Shown one piece after another: positions 24,894 to 32,000 of a stretch of 32,000 nucleotides of DNA. The first letter of the stretch is position 1, and every line of letters starts with the position of its first letter. The stretch lies in the NCBI RefSeq assembly GCF_000010065.1, contig NC_006576.1, positions 2,400,001 through 2,432,000 of the forward strand, given 5' to 3'. A model generated the notes under the pieces. The model had not been told where the DNA came from. It ran no database searches and worked only from the letters and a program-made list of their open reading frames with translations. The position numbers and the translations under genes were made by a program. Source of the DNA: Synechococcus elongatus PCC 6301. Lineage in GTDB: Bacteria > Cyanobacteriota > Cyanobacteriia > Synechococcales > Synechococcaceae.

Positions 24894-25160
24894 ATGGCCT
24901 ACCCTATCCCGACCAATCGGGAAGAGCTGTTGACGCTCTGCCGTCAACCAGCTGATAGCGAAATATTAGCGACTGCGATCGTGGGCATTATTCAATGGGC
25001 TCGCACCCAAGGTCAAAGTTTAGCGGATTTACAGGCTGAAATTTTGACAGAAGATCAGCTCCTCGAACCTGAACAAAGACAGTGGCTGTCTGAGTTATTA
25101 CTCAAGACTTGGCAGCAATTAGAAACAACGTCTGCCACTCACTCTGCTGAATCTTCCTAG
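24894..25160 (+). CDS. hypothetical small acidic protein (88 aa from this start)
   Basis: ORF 24816..25160. The first two start candidates lie inside or upstream of the predicted promoter, so ATG 24894 (MAYPIPTNREELL..) is preferred. No motif recognised. Confidence 0.4.
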   Translation: MAYPIPTNREELLTLCRQPADSEILATAIVGIIQWARTQGQSLADLQAEILTEDQLLEPEQRQWLSELLLKTWQQLETTSATHSAESS

Positions 25161-25262
25161 CCTTGGGGTTGGTGTTTTGGCACAATCGTTAAGACATAGG
25201 ATTGCGATCGTTGCTTTCACCCTGTGGCGGTGAGGTGATCAATCGGGGTGAGAGGATTAGGG

Positions 25263-25628
25263 ATGACTAAAATCTTGTTGGTAGAAGACAACGAAGACAA
25301 TTGGGATATGTTGTCGCGCCGTCTGACTCGCAAGGGTTTTGAAGTGGTCTTGGCTCACGATGGAGCTGCCGGTGTGGATACGGCACGGCGCGAGCAACCG
25401 GATCTGATTTTGATGGATATGAGCTTGCCAGTGATGGATGGCTGGGAGGCCACGCGCCAACTCAAAGCCGATCCTGAACTGCAACAGACGCCGGTGATTG
25501 CACTGACTGCCCACGCCATGGCTAGCGATCGCGAAAAGGCGATCGCCGCGGGCTGTGACGACTACGACACCAAGCCAATCGAGCTACCGCGCCTGCTCAG
25601 TAAAATTGCTCAGTTGCTCGAACGCTAG
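25263..25628 (+). CDS. single-domain response regulator (CheY-like receiver)
   Basis: ILLVEDNEDN, LILMDMSLPVMDG (phospho-acceptor Asp), ALTAHA and DYDTKP (conserved Lys). ATG 25263 is preferred over GTG 25248. Confidence 0.9.
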   Translation: MTKILLVEDNEDNWDMLSRRLTRKGFEVVLAHDGAAGVDTARREQPDLILMDMSLPVMDGWEATRQLKADPELQQTPVIALTAHAMASDREKAIAAGCDDYDTKPIELPRLLSKIAQLLER

Positions 25629-25673
25629 AGCCACCGTCGCGAGCCTTGGTTGCCCCCCTAACCCTCGACTGCC

Positions 25674-28607
25674 ATGAAGCTGCGCCGCCAATTCCTGTTG
25701 TTTGGAGTGGGGACAACCTTTACAGCGATCGCTGCGATCTCCTTATCGGATGTCATTACCAATACCCGACTGAGTGAGTCCAGTCGTGAGGAGGTGCAAT
25801 CCCTGCTGCAGCGTGAGCAAGAGAGCATCCTGTCGCGAACGTACACCGTGGTTCGGGTGCAGGGCACCTCGATCGAAAAGCAACTCAGTCGACAGATCCA
25901 GGTTCTCGATGAAGCCCTCCAACGAGCCGGCGGCCTCAGGACTGGCTCTCGCCTAGTGCGCTGGCAAGCTAAGAATCAATACACAGGCGCCATACAGCCT
26001 GTTGAGTTGCCGGAACTTCAGTTGGGTGGCCGCTGGCTCGATCAGGTTAGTCGCTTTGATCAGGCAGTGCCAGTGATTGACACAGTGTCTCGGCAAATGG
26101 GCGGCACTGTCACGATCTTCCAGCGGATCAACGATCGCGGTGACATGCTACGGGTCGCAACCACCGTCCCTAATCAGGATAAGCAGCGGGCGATCGGCAC
26201 CTACATCCCTGTGACCAATCCCAGTGGCGATCCCAACCCTGTGATTGCAGCAGTTTTGAAAGGTCAGACCTATCGCGGGCCAGCCTACATTGTCAATGAT
26301 TGGTACATCGCCATCTATCAGCCGCTCAAAGATGCTCAGGGGCGGGTTATCGGGATGATCTATGCCGGTCAACGTCAGGATCAAACCGGTGAACTAGCGC
26401 GCTCTTTTCAGGATTTGCGCTTTGGTCAAACCGGATCAGCTTTTGTTTTCCTGGGGCAGGGCAGCCAACGGGGCGAGACCATTCTGACCAGTGACCCATC
26501 GCTCCAGAAAAAAAACTTTTGGGATGCCAAAGACGCCTCAGGGCAGTTTTTTCTGCGAACTTCGATCGCAGATGCCATCCGCCAACCGGGTGCTTTTATT
26601 CGCGTTCGCTACTTGGCTCGCCCTTGGACGGAGGGGCTGCAATCGACGCAACCGGCTCGCCAAGAACAGATGCTACTGGTCTATTACCGCCCTTGGAACT
26701 GGGTTATTGGCATTCGCCAGGATAAGCAGGAATTTGCGGAACCCTTCCGCCGCCTAGAGGCTATTCAGCAGCGATCGCTCTACATTCAGTTACTGCTCGG
26801 TGTCATCATTGCGGTGCTCGGCGCAATCGCCGCCCGCGGTTGGGCTGCCCACTTAGGAATGCGCATTGAGCAGTTAGCCCATGCTGCCGATGCCATGGCC
26901 AGCGGCCAGCTCCAGCAACAAATTCCCACCAGTGGTCGCGATGAACTCACTGTGCTGGCCCAAGCCTTCAACCGGATGGCGGTTACACTGCGGGAGTTGC
27001 TGGTCAGTTTGGAGCATCGCGTCCAAGAACGTACGGCGGCTCTCCGAGAAACTAACGATCGCCTCGAACAGGCCCGTGAGCAGGCCGAAGCTGCAAACCA
27101 GGCTAAGAGTGCATTTCTAGCCAACATGAGCCACGAGTTGCGCACTCCCCTCAATGCCATCATTGGCTACAGCGAAATGATGATGGAAGAGGCAGAAGAC
27201 GGCATCGAGGTCGAAGAACTCCTGCCCGACTTCCGCAAGATCAACAATGCAGGCAAACACTTGCTGGAGCTGATCAACAGCATTCTGGACCTCTCCAAAA
27301 TTGAAGCGGGTCGCATGGAGCTTTACTTAGAAAGCTTCTCGCTGCCCGAGCTGATCAATGGTGTGAAATCGATTATCAAGCCCTTAATTGAAAAAAATCA
27401 GAATCAGCTGTTGGTGGACTGCCCAGCCGATATAGGGCTGATGACTGCTGATGTCACGAAGCTGCGGCAAACCTTGCTCAACCTTCTGTCTAATGCCAGC
27501 AAATTTACTCACCAAGGCACGATTCAGCTGCAGGTTGCTGCCCAGGGGGATCAGGTGGTCTTCAAGGTGGTTGATAGTGGCATTGGTATGTCACCGGAGC
27601 AGATCGATCGCATTTTTGAGGCGTTTGCCCAGGCAGATGATTCCACGACACGGAAATTCGGAGGCACAGGTCTTGGGCTTTCGATTAGCCGCCATTTCAT
27701 AGAAATGATGGGAGGCAAAATTACGGTTGAGAGCGTTCTCGGGGAAGGCAGTACGTTCACCATTACCCTGCCGCGCCAAGTGCAACCGCCGCAGTCGATC
27801 CCTGCGGTTGATCCAGTCCTGACTGATGAGGCGATCGCAACGGCCACTGAACAGGAAGATCAAAACCAGCCTGTGGTCCTCGTTGTGGATGATGAACCTA
27901 GTGCCCGCGAGTTGTTGCGCCGCATGCTGGAAAAGGAAGGCTATCGCGTCGTTACGGCAGCAGGGGGAGCTGAAGGGTTGCAGCGAGCGCAGGAACTGCG
28001 CCCTGCCCTGATCACCCTCGATTTGATGATGCCCCAGGTGGATGGTTGGTCAGTGCTAACCGCTCTCAAAGCCGATCCAATGCTGGCGGAGATTCCAGTG
28101 GTGATGGTGAGCATGGTGGAAGGGCGATCGCTCTCCTATGCCCTCGGTGCAGCTGGCTACCTCCACAAACCAATTGATCGCGACCAGTTGCGGCGGATCC
28201 TGGAGGGCTATACCCACCCCGATCGCCAGCCGCTGGCACTGGTTATTGAAGACGACCCAGTCAACCGATCGCTGCTGCGGCAATTGCTCGAGCGGGATGG
28301 CTGGCAGGTCGCAGAAGCCAACCAAGGGCAACAAGGCCTAGCTGTTTTGGAGTCGCTGGAGCAGCCGCCCGACCTGATCTTGCTGGATTTGATGATGCCC
28401 CAGATGGATGGCTTTGCCTTCGTCGACGCGCTGCGAGCTAACGGTAACTGGCAAACACTGCCGGTGATTGTGGTGACGGCTAAAGATCTGACGGAACAGG
28501 ATCGTCAGCGCCTGCAAGGGCGGGTCAGCCAGGTGATTGCCAAGGGGAATTTGGCGATCGATCGACTCCTGGCGGAAATTCGCCAAGTGGGGGCCAACCG
28601 TGTCTGA
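25674..28607 (+). CDS. hybrid sensor histidine kinase: TM, Cache-like periplasmic domain, TM, HAMP, HisKA, HATPase, REC, REC
   Basis: Two TM helices flank a sensor domain of about 330 aa. HAMP is present ([17 protein letters not shown]), as are the H-box [18 protein letters not shown] and the ATPase boxes ([27 protein letters not shown]). Two receivers follow ([13 protein letters not shown] and [13 protein letters not shown]). Confidence 0.9.
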   Translation: MKLRRQFLLFGVGTTFTAIAAISLSDVITNTRLSESSREEVQSLLQREQESILSRTYTVVRVQGTSIEKQLSRQIQVLDEALQRAGGLRTGSRLVRWQAKNQYTGAIQPVELPELQLGGRWLDQVSRFDQAVPVIDTVSRQMGGTVTIFQRINDRGDMLRVATTVPNQDKQRAIGTYIPVTNPSGDPNPVIAAVLKGQTYRGPAYIVNDWYIAIYQPLKDAQGRVIGMIYAGQRQDQTGELARSFQDLRFGQTGSAFVFLGQGSQRGETILTSDPSLQKKNFWDAKDASGQFFLRTSIADAIRQPGAFIRVRYLARPWTEGLQSTQPARQEQMLLVYYRPWNWVIGIRQDKQEFAEPFRRLEAIQQRSLYIQLLLGVIIAVLGAIAARGWAAHLGMRIEQLAHAADAMASGQLQQQIPTSGRDELTVLAQAFNRMAVTLRELLVSLEHRVQERTAALRETNDRLEQAREQAEAANQAKSAFLANMSHELRTPLNAIIGYSEMMMEEAEDGIEVEELLPDFRKINNAGKHLLELINSILDLSKIEAGRMELYLESFSLPELINGVKSIIKPLIEKNQNQLLVDCPADIGLMTADVTKLRQTLLNLLSNASKFTHQGTIQLQVAAQGDQVVFKVVDSGIGMSPEQIDRIFEAFAQADDSTTRKFGGTGLGLSISRHFIEMMGGKITVESVLGEGSTFTITLPRQVQPPQSIPAVDPVLTDEAIATATEQEDQNQPVVLVVDDEPSARELLRRMLEKEGYRVVTAAGGAEGLQRAQELRPALITLDLMMPQVDGWSVLTALKADPMLAEIPVVMVSMVEGRSLSYALGAAGYLHKPIDRDQLRRILEGYTHPDRQPLALVIEDDPVNRSLLRQLLERDGWQVAEANQGQQGLAVLESLEQPPDLILLDLMMPQMDGFAFVDALRANGNWQTLPVIVVTAKDLTEQDRQRLQGRVSQVIAKGNLAIDRLLAEIRQVGANRV

Positions 28608-29835
28608 GTCGCTTGAATCCTTAGCCAGGCTCGCTCACTGGCGCCATGAACTACGGACTCCCATCAACGCCATTTTGGGCTACAGCCAACTGCTGCTGGA
28701 GGATTGGGCAGGCACCGCGATTGCTACAGACCTAGAGCGGATCGAATCAGCTGGGCAGGAGTTACTGCGGCTCGTCAATGAAATTTTGGATCCTCACAGC
28801 AGCGATCGCGGTCTAAGCCTCGACACCTACCAGGCCCGTCTGCGCTACGCCCTGCGGACGCCGGTCAACACTGTTTGCGGTTATGTCGAGCTGCTGCTCG
28901 AGGAAGACTCGCCCGAACTGGCCGAGAGCCGAGTTGACTTAGAGCGGATTAGCGCAGCGGGCGAGCGTTTGCTAGAACAACTCGAGGCCATGGCAGCTTG
29001 GGATCAGCCGGCGAGCCAAGCTTCGGCTGTGGCGCTGTCAGAGATGGAGGTGGAGGTTGCCGAATCGGTGCTCCGCTATCGCCAAGCAGCGGTGTCAGCG
29101 TCGGCAGTCACGGGCGGTCGACTGTTGGTTGCCGAGGACAACGAGATCAACCGTGATGTCTTGGAGCGTCGTCTGCGTCGTCTTGGGCATGACGTCGTCT
29201 GTGTTGCTTCGGGGCAAGAAGCTCTGAATCAATTAGCGCAACAGCCCTTCGATTTGCTGTTCCTCGATCTGATGATGCCGGGACTGACCGGTTTTGAGGT
29301 GCTGCAGCAGCTCAAGGCAGATCCCACCTTAGCTGAGCTGCCTGTGCTGATGATTTCGGCGCTGGATGACCTTGAGAGTGTGATTCGCTGTCTGCGCTTG
29401 GGTGCGACTGACTATCTGACCAAACCGTTTGAACCAACGCTGTTACAAACGCGTTTGGAGACTTGCCTCCAGCACAAACGTCTGCGCGATCGCGAGTTGG
29501 ACTACTTGCGTAATGTTGCGATTGTCACGGATGCGGCGGTGGCCGTGGAGGCGGGTGACTACGATCGCGATCGCCTCCAGACGGTGGCAGAGCGCAGCGA
29601 CGCACTGGGGCAGTTGGCACGCATGTTTCGCCAGATGACCCGCTCGGTAGAACAGCGAGAAACCCAGCTCAAGCAGACAATTCGGCGTTTAGAGCTGCAG
29701 ATCGACACCGCTACCGTCAAAAGCCAAGTCAAGGAGATCACGGAGTCGGATTATTTCCGTGACCTTGAGAGCCGTGCCCGCCAAATTCGCCGCGATCGCA
29801 GCTATCGTTCTTCGCCCCCTGACCGCCATGCCTAA
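28600..29835 (+). CDS. response regulator with two N-terminal DHp (HisKA-like) modules, no ATPase domain, and a C-terminal HAMP-like/coiled-coil module
   Basis: GTG 28600 overlaps the kinase stop by 8 nt. H-box 1 is [22 protein letters not shown] (His codon 28645-28647). H-box 2 is [23 protein letters not shown], with Tyr (28846-28848) in the His position. The receiver reads [11 protein letters not shown]...[13 protein letters not shown]...YLTKPF. No N/G1/G2 ATP-binding boxes were seen. Confidence 0.8.
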   Translation: MSESLESLARLAHWRHELRTPINAILGYSQLLLEDWAGTAIATDLERIESAGQELLRLVNEILDPHSSDRGLSLDTYQARLRYALRTPVNTVCGYVELLLEEDSPELAESRVDLERISAAGERLLEQLEAMAAWDQPASQASAVALSEMEVEVAESVLRYRQAAVSASAVTGGRLLVAEDNEINRDVLERRLRRLGHDVVCVASGQEALNQLAQQPFDLLFLDLMMPGLTGFEVLQQLKADPTLAELPVLMISALDDLESVIRCLRLGATDYLTKPFEPTLLQTRLETCLQHKRLRDRELDYLRNVAIVTDAAVAVEAGDYDRDRLQTVAERSDALGQLARMFRQMTRSVEQRETQLKQTIRRLELQIDTATVKSQVKEITESDYFRDLESRARQIRRDRSYRSSPPDRHA

Positions 29836-30574
29836 TCCCAACGCCTTGGCGGAACTGCAAGCACTGGAGCTGTTACAAACTTGTACCCCGGCTGAACTAG
29901 CAGATCTGGCCCATTGCCTGCAACCCCAGACACTCCAAGCGCAAGAAGCTCTATTCCACTGTGGCGATCCAGCAGCAGCGCTCTACTGGATTCGCTCAGG
30001 ACGGGTGGGCGTTTTTGTCGCCGATGGTAGCAACAACCAGCATGAGTCGTTGCTGCGCGTGCTGGGGGCCGGTGCTCTGCTGGGAGAGATGGCCCTGATC
30101 GATGGGCAACCACGATCGGCGACTTGTCGGGCCTTGGAACCGACGCAACTTTACGCGGTCACTAGCCAAGATTTTCAGCAGTTGCTAACGCGATCGCCCC
30201 AGTTTGTGCAGGCCTTGTTGGCAACCCTGAGCCAGCGGTTGCGCTATACCAATCAGTTCCTGAGTGAAGTGGGGGCGGGCGTGCAGCAGTTGGCAAGCGG
30301 CCAGTATGCCCCCCTAGCGCAACTGCAAAGTCCAGATCACTCCCTTGAACATCTGGCAACGGCTTTTGCCCAGATGGCTCTGAGGGCGCAGCAGCGGGAA
30401 GTGGCTCTGCAGGAACGGATTCGGCGTTTGGAATTAGAAGTCGATGCTTGTCGCCTCCAACAGTCTGTGGCAGAAATCACCGAGTCAGAGTTCTTCGTGC
30501 ATCTCCAACAGCGGGCGCAGCAAATTCGGCGCAATCGCCACAAATCCTTGCCGCCCCAAGCCGATTCTGAATAA
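29828..30574 (+). CDS. cyclic-nucleotide-binding domain protein with a C-terminal HAMP-like/coiled-coil module
   Basis: ATG 29828 overlaps the upstream stop by 8 nt (ATGCCTAA). The cNMP-binding signature LLGEMALIDGQPRSATCRA is present. The C-terminal 49 aa align without gaps to the tail of the preceding protein. Confidence 0.8.
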   Translation: MPNPNALAELQALELLQTCTPAELADLAHCLQPQTLQAQEALFHCGDPAAALYWIRSGRVGVFVADGSNNQHESLLRVLGAGALLGEMALIDGQPRSATCRALEPTQLYAVTSQDFQQLLTRSPQFVQALLATLSQRLRYTNQFLSEVGAGVQQLASGQYAPLAQLQSPDHSLEHLATAFAQMALRAQQREVALQERIRRLELEVDACRLQQSVAEITESEFFVHLQQRAQQIRRNRHKSLPPQADSE

Positions 30575-30700
30575 GGCGATCGCAGTTCACTACTCGCTAC
30601 TGCAACAACAGAGCGGACGGAAATCCGAACTTTTCCCGACCTGCGCGGCTAGTGCAGGCTCTCCTATGATCAAGCCGTCCTGTCACTCTTTAGTTTGGGT

Positions 30701-32000
30701 ATGGCGATTCTAGAGCAAGGCAATATCACGATTCATACCGATAACATTTTCCCGATTATCAAAAAGTCGCTCTACTCAGAGCATGAAATCTTTTTGCGGG
30801 AACTGATTTCTAATGCAGTGGATGCCATTCAAAAGCTGAAGATGGTGTCCTATGCCGGTGAATTAGAGGGTGAAATCGGTGACCCCCAAATCACACTGAG
30901 TATCGATCGCGATCGCAAACAACTCAAAATTGCCGATAACGGTATTGGGATGACAGCCGATGAGATTAAGCGTTATATCAATCAAGTTGCCTTTTCAAGT
31001 GCAGAGGACTTTATTGAAAAATATAAAGGCGGAGCTGATCAGCCTATCATTGGTCACTTTGGTCTAGGCTTCTACTCAGCTTTTATTGTTGCTGATCGGG
31101 TGGAAATTGAAACCCTCTCCTATCAAAAAGGAGCGACACCTGTTCATTGGACTTGTGATGGATCTCCAAGCTTTGAACTGTCAGAGGGGAGCCGTACGGA
31201 GCGAGGAACAACGATTATTCTTAATCTTAGTGAGGAGGAGTTAGAGTACTTAGAACCTGCTCGTATTCGTCAGCTTGTTAAGACCTATTGTGACTTCATG
31301 CCCGTTCCGATCGCTTTAGAGGGAGAAGTCTTAAACAAGCAAAAAGCAATTTGGCGAGAATCAGCTGGCAATCTCAAAGAAGAAGACTACCAAGAGTTTT
31401 ATCGCTACCTGTATCCATTTCAAGATGAACCATTGTTATGGGTTCATCTCAACACAGATTACCCCTATCAAGTGAATGGTGTTCTCTATTTCCCGAAATT
31501 GCGGCCCGATATTGATCTAACTCAAGGACAAATTAAACTATTCTGCAATCAAGTCTTTGTCAGCGATCACTGTGAAGAAGTTGTGCCGCGTTTTCTCTTG
31601 CCGATGCGAGGGGTGATCGATAGTCCTGATATTCCTCTCAATGTGTCGCGCAGTGCGCTGCAAGCCGATCGCAAGGTGCGGAGTATTGCTGGCTTCATCG
31701 CCAAGAAAGTGGGCGATCGCCTCAAAGAACTCTATCGCTCGCAACGCGACCAATATCTCAATATTTGGTCAGATCTCAGCACCTTTGTGAAGTTTGGCTG
31801 TCTCAATGATCAAAAATTCAGAGAACAGGTCAAAGAGATTCTCGTTTTTCGGAGTAGTGCTGAGCTCAGCGAGGCGACCAGTAGCGATCGTGGTCAAGAT
31901 AGCCAAGGTAATTGGTACACTACTCTGCAGGCCTACCTCGAACGCAACCAGGAAAAACACGAAAATCGTGTCTATTACTGTACGGATGCTGCTAGCCAAG
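30701..32000 (+). CDS. htpG: molecular chaperone HtpG (Hsp90), N-terminal ~433 codons; runs off the right edge
   Basis: Absent from the ORF track because it has no stop in the window. ATG 30701 gives MAILEQGNITIHTDNIFPIIKKSLYSEHEIFLRELISNAVDAIQKLK...IGHFGLGFYSAFIVADRVEI, which carries the Hsp90 N-terminal ATP-binding motifs. Confidence 0.9.
   Translation, partial: MAILEQGNITIHTDNIFPIIKKSLYSEHEIFLRELISNAVDAIQKLKMVSYAGELEGEIGDPQITLSIDRDRKQLKIADNGIGMTADEIKRYINQVAFSSAEDFIEKYKGGADQPIIGHFGLGFYSAFIVADRVEIETLSYQKGATPVHWTCDGSPSFELSEGSRTERGTTIILNLSEEELEYLEPARIRQLVKTYCDFMPVPIALEGEVLNKQKAIWRESAGNLKEEDYQEFYRYLYPFQDEPLLWVHLNTDYPYQVNGVLYFPKLRPDIDLTQGQIKLFCNQVFVSDHCEEVVPRFLLPMRGVIDSPDIPLNVSRSALQADRKVRSIAGFIAKKVGDRLKELYRSQRDQYLNIWSDLSTFVKFGCLNDQKFREQVKEILVFRSSAELSEATSSDRGQDSQGNWYTTLQAYLERNQEKHENRVYYCTDAASQ

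Noticed and set aside
28537-28599. ATG 28537 as the start of the DHp-REC protein
   Set aside because: It would overlap the kinase C-terminus by 71 nt and adds non-conserved residues. GTG 28600, in an 8-nt overlap with the kinase stop, precedes the first DHp helix directly. The choice remains uncertain.
1-32000. CRISPR array suggested by the recurring GCGATCGC
   Set aside because: The repeats are bare 8-mers at irregular spacing inside coding genes. That is HIP1, not a direct repeat of 28-37 nt with unique spacers. No cas genes are present.

Overview
This is a cyanobacterial chromosomal window, most likely Synechococcus elongatus (PCC 7942/6301-like). The evidence is coding sequence of roughly 55-58% GC saturated with the HIP1 octamer GCGATCGC, plus chlB, a CurT/CAAD-like gene, an NblB-like HEAT-repeat gene and an McdA/McdB-like pair. 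About 40 protein genes are tightly packed on both strands. No rRNA, tRNA or CRISPR was recognised. Two edge genes are missing from the ORF track because they have no in-window stop: a sigma-70 factor (1..430, minus) and htpG (30701..32000, plus). Most genes are housekeeping: asd-dapA-rnj, queF, murF, chlB, an IMPDH-family gene, trxA, hisA, pgsA. Five things stand out. (1) A ParA-type ATPase lacking the signature Walker-A lysine is translationally coupled to a 152-aa disordered, Q-rich coiled-coil protein ending in Trp. This is the signature of the McdA/McdB carboxysome-positioning system (14062..15284). (2) A tnpA-less IS200/IS605-family element (about 6805..8174) carries an apparently intact TnpB and a structured 3' region (candidate omega-RNA). 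It is HIP1-free and sits inside what reconstructs as a former queF-DUF362-murF array. (3) A five-gene signalling cluster (24820..30574) contains a Cache/HAMP hybrid kinase with two receivers and a protein with two DHp modules but no ATPase domain. That protein and a cNMP-binding protein share a C-terminal module. (4) RNase J ends in RMRRRRSSA, close to the Arg-rich nonapeptide described for cyanobacterial RNase E. (5) An orphan terminator and possible sRNA lies between the IMPDH-family gene and trxA. All calls come from reading the sequence and translations. No database search was run.
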